Shown here: in pieces, positions 32,086 through 39,503 of the stretch | Layout: every line of letters begins with the position of its first letter | Position numbering within the stretch: position 1 is the first letter of the stretch | Virus record (IMG/VR): IMGVR_UViG_3300028837_000601 | Span: 1-39,503 of that record | DNA length: 39,503 nucleotides | Strand: one strand, 5' to 3' | Source of the DNA: a virus | Position numbers and translations under genes: made by a program | The notes under the pieces: generated by a model | The model's input: the letters and a program-made list of their open reading frames with translations, nothing else | What the model was told of the DNA's origin: nothing | Databases searched by the model: none

Positions 32086-32357
32086 ACCCTATTAGTGATA
32101 AACAGAAAGTAGAGTTAGCACTTAGGGCAAGGATTAAAAGGGAGTTCATTGCTGAATTCGGGAATAAGTGTATGATATGTGGTAATCCACCAGACTGGAG
32201 AGGTATTCAGCTATGCCACAAGATACCCCTAAGTAGGGGGGGCAAAACAGATACCGAGAATTGCTATCTAGGATGTGGGAAGTGCCACTTTACCAAAGAC
32301 CACCATATCAGAGAAGTAAAATCTAAACCACAATGGAGCAAAGGAGGAACTAAATGA
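32067..32357 (+). CDS. HNH endonuclease
   Basis: 96 aa. ISDKQKVELALRARIK...CMICGN...LCHKIPLSRGGKTDTENCYLGCGKCH. Confidence 0.7.
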   Translation: MRKSRINPISDKQKVELALRARIKREFIAEFGNKCMICGNPPDWRGIQLCHKIPLSRGGKTDTENCYLGCGKCHFTKDHHIREVKSKPQWSKGGTK

Positions 32358-32764
32358 AAGCTGAAGATACAATTCCTGAGAATACTGTTATTGCCCTACC
32401 ACCTTACGGAGATAAATTAGATATTCGGTCAGAGTTGGTAACCCAAGCCACAGTATTTTTCAAGGCAGGGTATGAACAGAGGAAAAGTGAAGAGGCTACT
32501 GTGTCGCTGGCTGAAATGTGCTTAGAACACCGCAAGGCAGGGCAGGAAGAGGAAAGGAAATGGTGGATTAAGGAAGCAACGAAGGTTGGTATTCTAATAA
32601 CTAAGCCTGAAGAGCAGGCTGGGATTGCTATGGAATACAGGCTACAAGGGATAAATGAAGTGGTGGGGTGGATAAACAATACATTCAATAAGGCAATCAC
32701 CTTAGACCAGATGCGAGCAACTACTACTTACCAAACCAAGCTGAAGGATTGGGGGATAAAATGA
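32354..32764 (+). CDS. hypothetical protein
   Basis: 136-aa ORF with an ATGA overlap. Confidence 0.7.
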   Translation: MKAEDTIPENTVIALPPYGDKLDIRSELVTQATVFFKAGYEQRKSEEATVSLAEMCLEHRKAGQEEERKWWIKEATKVGILITKPEEQAGIAMEYRLQGINEVVGWINNTFNKAITLDQMRATTTYQTKLKDWGIK

Positions 32765-32859
32765 GCACACCATATATGGAGTTTTTCACTAACGACCACA
32801 AGATAGCGATATGGCTAGGGGTAAGGGATGGGGAGTATGTATTAAAGGAGGTAGAATGA
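32761..32859 (+). CDS. 32-aa coupled mini-ORF
   Basis: Not in the ORF track. ATGA overlaps at both ends. Translation: MSTPYMEFFTNDHKIAIWLGVRDGEYVLKEVE. Confidence 0.35.
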   Translation: MSTPYMEFFTNDHKIAIWLGVRDGEYVLKEVE

Positions 32860-33041
32860 CACGTAGAACTTGGGAGAATGATTTACAAGAAGAATTGAAA
32901 GATCCAGAATCAGTTGCTTATTTTGCCAATGCACAACAAGAGTCATTAAGGGAACTGGTGAGGGCGGGCATTAGAACTGTAGCTGATTTTACAAGCCTAG
33001 AGATGAACAGAACATGTCACTTAAAGTGGGAGGTAGAATGA
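32856..33041 (+). CDS. hypothetical protein
   Basis: Start placed at ATG 32856 (MTRRTWENDL), which follows AAGGAGG. Confidence 0.6.
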   Translation: MTRRTWENDLQEELKDPESVAYFANAQQESLRELVRAGIRTVADFTSLEMNRTCHLKWEVE

Positions 33042-33916
33042 AAGAAGAAGCAATTACAGCCGGCGAGCTAGTTTATTATGCCCACACCTTAGACACCGAG
33101 TTTGATGAGGTGCTTATAGTTCCTATATCCGATGCACACTATGGCAATCCATTATTCTCTAAGAGCCATTTCAGGAGAACGCTTGAGTTCCTAGAGAAGC
33201 CCAACGCTTTCGGTTTTCTGAATGGTGATTTGTGCGAGTCCACTTTAAGGACTTCTAAGGGAGAGATATACAAACAGGTTGGTGCACCAGAAGACCAGAG
33301 AGACCAGATAAAGGAGTGGCTAGAGCCGTATAAATCTAAACTGTTCGGTGCGGTAGATGGCAACCACGAAGACCGCATATGGCGAGAGGCTGGGATACAT
33401 ATAGTCCGTGATATAGCTAAAGCATTAGAGATACCATATAGACCCGAAGGATTACTCCATAAGATTTCATTTGGTAGCGGTAACGCCTGGCACAAGGAGA
33501 AGCCATTTGTATTCTGGTATTATCAGACACACGGGTATGGTGGAGCTAGAACTAAATCGGCTAAGGCGGTAAAGGTGGAGAGAACGGCTAGTTGGATACA
33601 TGCCGACTTCTATGCTATGTCTCACGACCATGTGGTTAATGTAGCTCCCGATGTCTATCTTTTACCAGACCCCAGAACTCGTGTTGAAAGGGATGGGAAG
33701 GGTAATGAGACTGGCTTTAGAATAGGCAGGGTTACAGCACACAGAAAGATGCTGATAAAGACCAATGCTTATTTGAAATGGGGTGGATATGCTGAGTTTG
33801 GAGGCTTCCCGCCGGTGGATATGGCGACACCCCTCATTAGGCTATTAACCCCCTATTCTAAACACTGGGAAGATTTACCAGACAAACCCCGTCAATGCGT
33901 GAAGGTGGAAGTCTAA
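33038..33916 (+). CDS. calcineurin-like metallophosphoesterase
   Basis: Motifs PISDAHYG, LNGDLCE, VDGNHEDR, THGYGG and MSHDHV in the canonical order. Start placed at ATG 33038. Confidence 0.8.
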   Translation: MKEEAITAGELVYYAHTLDTEFDEVLIVPISDAHYGNPLFSKSHFRRTLEFLEKPNAFGFLNGDLCESTLRTSKGEIYKQVGAPEDQRDQIKEWLEPYKSKLFGAVDGNHEDRIWREAGIHIVRDIAKALEIPYRPEGLLHKISFGSGNAWHKEKPFVFWYYQTHGYGGARTKSAKAVKVERTASWIHADFYAMSHDHVVNVAPDVYLLPDPRTRVERDGKGNETGFRIGRVTAHRKMLIKTNAYLKWGGYAEFGGFPPVDMATPLIRLLTPYSKHWEDLPDKPRQCVKVEV

Positions 33917-33929
33917 AGAGGAGCAATAG

Positions 33930-34175
33930 ATGGCATATCAGAAAATTTCCCAGACTGATTACGATAAAGCAAAGGGGCAATTACGCCTACAGCTCAATGG
34001 TGTGTTCCAAGCCTTTAATATCTATGGTCTCCATATCTATATTAACGGAGCTAAAGATGAGATAATGGAACTAGCAGAGCAGTTTGGGCAGAGAGTTAGG
34101 GGTGATGATATACCTATCAAATTAAAAAGGAGGCGGAATAATGAGCTGGAGACCAGAAAATTGGGCGGAACTTAG
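33930..34175 (+). CDS. hypothetical protein
   Basis: 81-aa ORF. Confidence 0.65.
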   Translation: MAYQKISQTDYDKAKGQLRLQLNGVFQAFNIYGLHIYINGAKDEIMELAEQFGQRVRGDDIPIKLKRRRNNELETRKLGGT

Positions 34176-34401
34176 ACTTAAATTCGCAAAGAAGAATATG
34201 CCAGTCCCAGAGGAGACAAGCGTAGCTTTGGGGCTTCTTTCGGCAATGGAAGTTGGTGCTGATGCTATACTAGAAGCGATAATGGAAGCCCGCCCCAGTG
34301 ATAGCGAGATTAGAATGAGGATTATTGAGACTCTATATGGCAACAGTAGCGTGCCCGCATTAGAAAGGTGGCTGAAAGAAAAGCTATTGCTAAAGCCCTA
34401 A
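34141..34401 (+). CDS. hypothetical protein
   Basis: 86-aa ORF with an AAGGAGG RBS. Confidence 0.65.
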   Translation: MSWRPENWAELRLKFAKKNMPVPEETSVALGLLSAMEVGADAILEAIMEARPSDSEIRMRIIETLYGNSSVPALERWLKEKLLLKP

Positions 34402-34422
34402 TAGAAAAAGTGAGGGAACTCT

Positions 34423-34971
34423 TTGAATAAGAAGTATCAGATAATATACGCTGACCCACCTTGGGAATATAGTGATGGTAGAGGTGCGAGAAGTAGGGGA
34501 TGTGCTAAGTCCGCCTTTCCCTTAATGCCCTTATCTGATATAAAATCACTACCTGTTAGTGAGATAACTGATAAGGATTGTGTATTGTTTTTGTGGGTAA
34601 CAATGCCTATGCTTATTGAGGGCTTGGAAGTTATTAACTCTTGGGGTTTTAATTACAGGACTTGTGCCTTTGTCTGGGTGAAACAGAACCCAAGTGGCAT
34701 GGGTATCTACTCTGGTTTAGGCTATTGGACAAACGGGAATGCTGAATTGTGTTTGTTTGCTCGGAAAGGTAACCCAAGGCGTATCGCAAAAAATATAAAG
34801 CAGATTGTCTTATCGCCGAGAGGGGAACATAGCAGAAAGCCTATTGAGGTAAGGGAACGCATTGTTCAACTAATGGGCGATTTACCACGCATAGAACTGT
34901 TTGCTCGTAGAAAAGTTGAGGGCTGGGATTGTTGGGGTAATGAAGTAGAAAGCGATGTAGAGCTAACTTAA
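34423..34971 (+). CDS. DNA N6-adenine methyltransferase (MT-A70 family)
   Basis: YQIIYADPPWEY (DPPW catalytic motif), LFLWVT, GFNYRTCAFVWVK and ELCLFARKG. TTG start. Confidence 0.85.
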   Translation: MNKKYQIIYADPPWEYSDGRGARSRGCAKSAFPLMPLSDIKSLPVSEITDKDCVLFLWVTMPMLIEGLEVINSWGFNYRTCAFVWVKQNPSGMGIYSGLGYWTNGNAELCLFARKGNPRRIAKNIKQIVLSPRGEHSRKPIEVRERIVQLMGDLPRIELFARRKVEGWDCWGNEVESDVELT

Positions 34972-34981
34972 AGGAGGGGGA

Positions 34982-35176
34982 ATGTATAACATAGAACCAC
35001 TAGAGAAAGCAATCCTAATTATTGATGCTGTGAAGGGTGAACTGGCGTTAGGGACAAAGCACTATTCTGGAGATAGATTGCTTACCACGCCACTAGAAAT
35101 AGTTAAAGCAATGAAAGAGAACAATCTAATCATTGAGCCAACCCCTGAAAGGCGATGGTTATTTGGTGGAGAGTGA
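34982..35176 (+). CDS. hypothetical protein
   Basis: 64-aa ORF with an AAGGAGGGGG RBS. Confidence 0.65.
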   Translation: MYNIEPLEKAILIIDAVKGELALGTKHYSGDRLLTTPLEIVKAMKENNLIIEPTPERRWLFGGE

Positions 35177-35185
35177 TATAGAACT

Positions 35186-35380
35186 ATGATAACTAAAGCA
35201 CAAAAGACCGCAGAAGTGGTTGAGTTTGACAGGTTGCGTCTTGGCAAAGAGATGGAGAGACGGGCTTATGAACTATGCGACCACGAAGCTTGCTGTTTTG
35301 AGGTGTGTATCAAAGATAGACATTGTTTTAACCGAGCTATTGTCGGATTCGCTTGGAGCTTATTAGTAAGGGGGAATTAA
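35186..35380 (+). CDS. hypothetical protein
   Basis: 64-aa ORF. Confidence 0.6.
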   Translation: MITKAQKTAEVVEFDRLRLGKEMERRAYELCDHEACCFEVCIKDRHCFNRAIVGFAWSLLVRGN

Positions 35381-35800
35381 GTGAAGTGCGAAGTTTGTGG
35401 AAGTGAGCGATTTGTTGATGCTCACCATTATGACTGTAAGGAAGGGAAGATTAGCCCTGATACTATTAACCTTTGTCGCCGATGCCATAGAACTTACCAC
35501 GATAACGGTATTGAATGGTTTGATGACGAGTATCTAGCTAAGGTGATTGAGATAGAAAATAAGTTCAGGGTAATCCATAATGCCAACCTCAAAGAATCAG
35601 TTAATCGTATTAGGCATAAGTATATTGATGGTCTTTACGGCGGGAAGGAATTGAGACCAATCAAGCGTGGGGATGTTCAGCGTAGTGATTATTGGAACAA
35701 AATTCACGGTATAAGAAAACGCAGAAAGCCACCAAGAGAAACTAAAGATGAAAAGCAGCTAGGATTTGATATGATAGACATTCTTTTAAGGAGGAATTGA
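35381..35800 (+). CDS. HNH-type endonuclease-like protein
   Basis: CEVCGSERFVDAHHYDCKEGKISPDTINLCRRCHRTYH. GTG start. Confidence 0.6.
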   Translation: MKCEVCGSERFVDAHHYDCKEGKISPDTINLCRRCHRTYHDNGIEWFDDEYLAKVIEIENKFRVIHNANLKESVNRIRHKYIDGLYGGKELRPIKRGDVQRSDYWNKIHGIRKRRKPPRETKDEKQLGFDMIDILLRRN

Positions 35801-35995
35801 ATGAAGAAGATTAAGCCGACAGACTGGAGGTGTATTGTTTGTGGTGCTGATTGTTCCTTTGGGGTATTTGCTATTATTAAAGGACAACCCCACTGCCTGA
35901 AATGCTTTCGTAAATATCGCAAGAAACCAGAAGGAGGATACAATGGGCGGAGAAATTTGCCATCAAAAGGGAAAGGAACGGGGCCCTTGGTATGA
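35801..35995 (+). CDS. Zn-ribbon microprotein
   Basis: 64 aa. Contains WRCIVCGADC...PHCLKCFRKY. Confidence 0.6.
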   Translation: MKKIKPTDWRCIVCGADCSFGVFAIIKGQPHCLKCFRKYRKKPEGGYNGRRNLPSKGKGTGPLV

Positions 35996-36116
35996 GATTA
36001 AATGCACCAAGGATGTAGTAAGAAACAAAGAGGCTAAGGGCGAGGATGCCAGTTTTGAAAGGATGCTGCTGAAATCGTGGTCAAGGTATAAGGGCTGGGA
36101 AGATGCCAAAATGTAA
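35943..36116 (+). CDS. 57-aa hypothetical protein
   Basis: Not in the ORF track. GAAGGAGGA RBS. Translation begins MGGEICHQKGKERGPWYEIKCTKDVV... Confidence 0.45.
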   Translation: MGGEICHQKGKERGPWYEIKCTKDVVRNKEAKGEDASFERMLLKSWSRYKGWEDAKM

Positions 36117-36194
36117 TCCCCCGCCTATCTATGAAATCAAAATCTAGGCGATTATCTGGCATATTAGTAGTTCAGGGTGTAAGGAGTAAGGTCA

Positions 36195-36566
36195 ATGAGA
36201 AGAATAGAGGTAATTTGGGTTGATGCTTGTATTGAGGAAGCGCATATTCCATTAAGCGGGGCTGAAACTCTCACCCCCCTTGTCAGGAGAAATGTTGGCT
36301 ATGTGGTTCGTGAAGATGCTGAGGCAATAATTATTCAGTTTGGTATTATAGAAAATATCTGGAAGGGGAATAGTGCGAGTGATATACCACTCTGTATCCC
36401 GAAGGGTATGGTTAAAGAGATTAAGGAACTGAAAGAATGCCCCGATGACGACATAATAGATGATGGCTTTGGTGCATCGGCTTCAGCGTATTGCCCTAAG
36501 TGTAAGGAGAAATCAATGTTTGTTTGCAGACCTGGGGATATTAGGTGTAGTAATTGCGATGGTTAA
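36195..36566 (+). CDS. hypothetical protein with C-terminal Zn ribbon; paralogue of the next gene
   Basis: 123 aa. MRRIEVIWVDACIEE...AIIIQFG...IPLCIPKGMVKEI and CPKCKEKSMFVCRPGDIRCSNC. Confidence 0.7.
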   Translation: MRRIEVIWVDACIEEAHIPLSGAETLTPLVRRNVGYVVREDAEAIIIQFGIIENIWKGNSASDIPLCIPKGMVKEIKELKECPDDDIIDDGFGASASAYCPKCKEKSMFVCRPGDIRCSNCDG

Positions 36567-36822
36567 AAAAGTTGAGCCTTTAATTAAGGGGATGAGACCG
36601 ATAATGGTTGAGTGGGTAGATTCAAGTTACTCAAACGGGTGGCACAATATTGAGGATTTAGACAATTACGTTCCTACAAAGGTTGTGTCCTTTGGTTTGC
36701 TGGCTAAGGACGCAAAGGACTTCATAATTATTTTGTTAAACTATGGCAAAACACAATTCTCGAATTCTATGACTATCCCTAAGTGTTCAATCAAGCAAAT
36801 GTGGAGGTTAAAGGTCAAATGA
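36559..36822 (+). CDS. hypothetical protein, paralogue of 36195..36566 N-terminal domain
   Basis: Start placed at ATG 36559. MRPIMVEWVDSSYSNGW...FIIILLNYG...MTIPKCSIKQM aligns with the upstream gene. Confidence 0.6.
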   Translation: MVKKVEPLIKGMRPIMVEWVDSSYSNGWHNIEDLDNYVPTKVVSFGLLAKDAKDFIIILLNYGKTQFSNSMTIPKCSIKQMWRLKVK

Positions 36823-36859
36823 TTTGGTGGCTTGAGTTATTAATAGGGAGAGGGTAGTA

Positions 36860-36970
36860 ATGATTAATTGGGCTGAAGTTGGTTTGTGTGTCTTGATATG
36901 TGCTCCGTGTTGTGAGCTTTTCCATCTTTTGTTTCATTGGCTCTGGGGTAAGTGGAGACATAGGAAATGA
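36860..36970 (+). CDS. 36-aa hydrophobic Cys-rich peptide
   Basis: Not in the ORF track. GGGAGAGGG RBS. Translation: MINWAEVGLCVLICAPCCELFHLLFHWLWGKWRHRK. Confidence 0.4.
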   Translation: MINWAEVGLCVLICAPCCELFHLLFHWLWGKWRHRK

Positions 36971-37218
36971 GCAGGAAAGCTGATAAGGAACTAGCAAAAC
37001 TAGGGAAGGATAAGGGGTGTGAGTATTGGGATTTGTGTGAGACTTGCATTTATCCAAAATGTAAGGATGACTGCGTCAGTCTAAATCAGTTCCTATGCCC
37101 AATGAGGTATAAGTGTATTAAAATGTGCTACAAAACTTTTCCGTCAGTAGCTTTACTCACTCGTGTGTTTAGGGTATCAAAAACAACTATTTATATGGCA
37201 TTAGGAAAGGAGGGTTAG
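36967..37218 (+). CDS. Cys-rich protein with C-terminal helix-turn-helix (candidate late-gene regulator)
   Basis: 83 aa. CEYWDLCETCIYPKCKDDC...CPMRYKCIKMC, followed by SVALLTRVFRVSKTTIYMAL (HTH-like). Confidence 0.55.
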   Translation: MSRKADKELAKLGKDKGCEYWDLCETCIYPKCKDDCVSLNQFLCPMRYKCIKMCYKTFPSVALLTRVFRVSKTTIYMALGKEG

Positions 37219-37377
37219 ATGACTAAGCAAGAAGAGATAAAGAGGCTTATACAGGAAAAGGTTAATCAGGTTGTTGTATATGAGGATAAAAACAATGCCA
37301 TTGAATCTGGTTTTGACCCTGAGGAATGTTCTGAATGTCATTTGCCTGGGGATTGCCCTCTTTGTGGAGGCTCTTAA
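37219..37377 (+). CDS. 52-aa Zn-ribbon microprotein
   Basis: Not in the ORF track. AAAGGAGGG RBS. Contains CSECHLPGDCPLCGGS. Last gene of the plus-strand operon. Confidence 0.5.
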   Translation: MTKQEEIKRLIQEKVNQVVVYEDKNNAIESGFDPEECSECHLPGDCPLCGGS

Positions 37378-37402
37378 TGCCAACTAGAGAAGAGATATAG
37401 AG

Positions 37403-37672
37403 TTATGAGCCTTGATTTTTAATCCAGTCTTTTCCCCAATGAAAGTGTCCCTCAAGGAAGCCAAACAAGTAGATACACCAAAAGATGGAAACTCCAAGCC
37501 ACCCCTGCCATACATAAATAGCCACTCCAATGAAGAACCATAGGGCTTGAATAACTATTGGGGCTGTGTGATAGATGTCTCTCCAGATATATGTCCATTT
37601 CCTTCCACCAATCCAATGCCAAAGCCCCCACTTGTAAGGGTTCTTCCAAAACTTCTGCCAAAACTCCTTCAC
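37403..37672 (-). CDS. Trp-rich membrane protein (2 predicted TM; holin candidate)
   Basis: 89 aa. Contains APIVIQALWFFIGVAIYVW and LGVSIFWCIYLFGFL. GTG start overlapping the upstream stop. Last gene of the late operon. Confidence 0.5.
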   Translation of the reverse strand: MKEFWQKFWKNPYKWGLWHWIGGRKWTYIWRDIYHTAPIVIQALWFFIGVAIYVWQGWLGVSIFWCIYLFGFLEGHFHWGKDWIKNQGS

Positions 37673-37824
37673 TTTAACCTCTCATCAATAAAATTCATTA
37701 GTGCTTTAATCTCTTCACAATCGTTAATGATTTCAGAAATCTTAGCAATCAAACGCCAGAGCTTTCTTAGCTTCTTGACTTCAGCTATGAGTTCAGCTGT
37801 CTCCATCCTCTCTGGGGACTTCAT
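37669..37824 (-). CDS. 51-aa helical microprotein
   Basis: Not in the ORF track. GAGG RBS. Translation: MKSPERMETAELIAEVKKLRKLWRLIAKISEIINDCEEIKALMNFIDERLK. Confidence 0.45.
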   Translation of the reverse strand: MKSPERMETAELIAEVKKLRKLWRLIAKISEIINDCEEIKALMNFIDERLK

Positions 37825-37833
37825 CTCAGCCTC

Positions 37834-38043
37834 TTACATCAAGAATAGCACGCCATATATACCAGCCACAAGAACCAAGACTCCAATTATAAGAGGGATT
37901 AGCACCTTGAGTTTCCCTGTGTTCCCAGCTACCTCTTTTGTCAGGTGGGGTAAATCGTTAGTTATAATATGCTCTAGTTGCTTGGTATTATTCCCCACCT
38001 CTATCTCTAAGGTGCTAAGTCTTTCCACTTCACTCTTGTTCAT
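37834..38043 (-). CDS. coiled-coil protein with C-terminal TM anchor (holin / spanin-like candidate)
   Basis: 69 aa. Translation: MNKSEVERLSTLEIEVGNNTKQLEHIITNDLPHLTKEVAGNTGKLKVLIPLIIGVLVLVAGIYGVLFLM. Confidence 0.55.
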   Translation of the reverse strand: MNKSEVERLSTLEIEVGNNTKQLEHIITNDLPHLTKEVAGNTGKLKVLIPLIIGVLVLVAGIYGVLFLM

Positions 38044-39503
38044 TATTCCTTCTCTTCCAGACCCTTAATCTGTCCTAGTAGAGTTATTAAATCCTTGCTG
38101 TAAGCCCCGAAGTGAACTGTAATCTTTTCCGTTGTCTTGTTCAGCATGTTGAATTTGATACCTTGAATTAGGTAGTAATCATCTATGCCCCGTAAGAAGT
38201 TGTATATCTTTACCTTCTGACCAACGACAAGTCCCTCCTGGTAGCAGACTAAACTCCCAGTCTCTTTGCCAAATGCCCTCTCGGCTAATACGGCTTCACC
38301 CACTGAGTCCCCCCAATCATTAGTGTCAATGTTTTCATCTACTACCTTACAGTAAAACTCACGCCCATAATAGGCAATGCTAGGAGCACTTATACTCTCT
38401 CGGTTTACCCCAGTCCCAATAACTCTTACCCTATTGCATACCTGAGAAGTATCCTCCCCAAACTGAATATTGTCATATCCTACTTTAGCTGGTGGTGTGG
38501 GAGAACTTGAGAGCTCAAAGGGTGCTCCTACAATAGATGGCGTGAAGTAGTGTAGCTTTTTGTTAAAGTCAATATACCACTCTCTTCCATAGATTTTAGC
38601 TATCTCATCCAAGACTTCATTTAAAGGAATTCTAGTCCAACCCAGTGTCGCTTGCACTCCAGATGAGGAGACATAAGTAGTAGTATCAATCTCAGACAGA
38701 TAGGCTGAGAACAAGAAGTCTATCATTTGCTGTTCATCTTGGTCTGCAAAATCCTTAGTAACCAGTTGTCCAGTTGGTAAAATATTATAATCCTGAGCTG
38801 TGATGCGGTAAATCCTTCTACTTCCAACCATCCTCATTTCTTTAGTAGAAACATAGCCACCAAAAAAGTCAGTCAGATAATCAGTATCTATGCCAGTAAT
38901 CTTGATTTCGTCCTTACCCCAGGGATAGGTTAATCCGCCATAAGCATTAGCATCCATAGTAGCAACGACCCCCTCATCCATCAGCCACATAGCAACAGTG
39001 TGTCCGTCAAGGATTGGTCTATTATCATTATGTATTTGGAGATGTTGGGCTTCCGAAAGTGCACAATCATAAACAGCTAGGAACTCTATCTTGCCATCAA
39101 AAGGATAAGAGGTTTTGTCGTCAAAAATACCTATCTTAGCTGACCTAGCACAAGTAGTTGGGTCTACAAGTGCTTCACTTGTAAGGGTTACATCAATGCC
39201 ATTTCTGTATATTTTGCCCGCAGCCCCATCCCGACTACACCCCATTGTGAGCCAACTCCCAGTTGTTATTGTTCCCGCATCTGCATATGCACTCTGAACT
39301 GCTGCTGGAGTCTGACTAACGTAAAGGCGAAGCCTTCCAGTAGATTCAGCGATAAAGAAGTAACCATCAACAGCAGTCAATCCCCTACAGAATAGCATTC
39401 TATGAGCAGTCAAATCATCAATATAACCCCTAGCAACAATAGAGAAGTCCCCAGCGGTAAAGTTTAACTGAGCATGAGCAGCAGGAATTTCTACATAGCT
39501 AGG
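38043..39503 (-). CDS. tail-tip/baseplate protein with LamG-like domain, 3' part (complete product about 546 aa when joined to 1..324)
   Basis: The frame is open to the window end. LamG-type pattern LFCRGLTAVDGYFFIAESTGRLRLY...SWLTMGCSRDG...IYRNG...FDGKIEFLAVYDCALS. C-terminal hub-like EVLDEIAKIYGREWYIDFNKKLHYF. Confidence 0.8.
   Translation of the reverse strand, partial: PSYVEIPAAHAQLNFTAGDFSIVARGYIDDLTAHRMLFCRGLTAVDGYFFIAESTGRLRLYVSQTPAAVQSAYADAGTITTGSWLTMGCSRDGAAGKIYRNGIDVTLTSEALVDPTTCARSAKIGIFDDKTSYPFDGKIEFLAVYDCALSEAQHLQIHNDNRPILDGHTVAMWLMDEGVVATMDANAYGGLTYPWGKDEIKITGIDTDYLTDFFGGYVSTKEMRMVGSRRIYRITAQDYNILPTGQLVTKDFADQDEQQMIDFLFSAYLSEIDTTTYVSSSGVQATLGWTRIPLNEVLDEIAKIYGREWYIDFNKKLHYFTPSIVGAPFELSSSPTPPAKVGYDNIQFGEDTSQVCNRVRVIGTGVNRESISAPSIAYYGREFYCKVVDENIDTNDWGDSVGEAVLAERAFGKETGSLVCYQEGLVVGQKVKIYNFLRGIDDYYLIQGIKFNMLNKTTEKITVHFGAYSKDLITLLGQIKGLEEKE
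39360..39503. repeat. terminal direct repeat, copy 2
   Basis: Identical to 1-144. Unique genome length is therefore 39,359 bp. Confidence 0.95.

Noticed and set aside
37452-37661. 69-aa minus-strand ORF overlapping 37403..37672 in another frame
   Set aside because: It is fully nested in the longer Trp-rich two-TM ORF, which is coupled to the upstream gene. The nested ORF has no RBS of its own.
37547-38068. 173-aa plus-strand ORF
   Set aside because: It is antisense to three RBS-supported minus-strand genes. It has a low-complexity S/L/I/P-rich composition and no RBS.

Overview
This window is a complete, circularly permuted genome of a tailed dsDNA phage with siphovirus-like gene order. Bases 1-144 are identical to 39360-39503, so the unique length is 39,359 bp, and one tail gene runs across the artificial ends.

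Late operon (minus strand, 22752 down to 334, then through the junction down to 37403):
- small-terminase-like gene, then an 857-bp gene-free gap, then terL
- portal, MuF-like head-morphogenesis protein, scaffold/protease-like protein
- DUF2190-like decoration protein and a Mu gpT-like major capsid protein
- an unusual 5.7-kb block of uncharacterised structural genes, including a LamG-type protein and a 661-aa protein with sixteen 18-20-aa repeats
- head-tail connector set and two paralogous major tail proteins, the upstream one frame-split
- G/GT chaperone pair with a CCCUUUA slip site, tape measure and two tail-tip proteins
- three small membrane or coiled-coil proteins

Early/middle operon (plus strand, 23369-37377), about 50 mostly tiny and translationally coupled genes:
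- YopX, RusA-like resolvase, MazG-like protein, metallophosphoesterase, MT-A70 adenine methyltransferase
- three HNH-type endonucleases
- a wHTH / RecA-fold ATPase preceded by an iteron array
- many Cys4 microproteins

I see no integrase, repressor, DNA polymerase, tRNA, CRISPR array or recognisable endolysin.

Most notable non-genic signals:
- A strictly 28-bp-periodic, 17-unit degenerate array (21514-21989) fills the terS-like/terL gap and is bracketed by 11-bp inverted repeats.
- A roughly 310-nt GC-rich leader with mutually exclusive helices lies upstream of the terS-like gene.
- A promoter / short transcript / intrinsic terminator module resembling lambda PR'-tR' sits in front of the capsid genes.
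- GGCGGACA iterons lie upstream of the replication ATPase.

All functional calls rest on motifs and synteny recalled from memory. No database search was possible.
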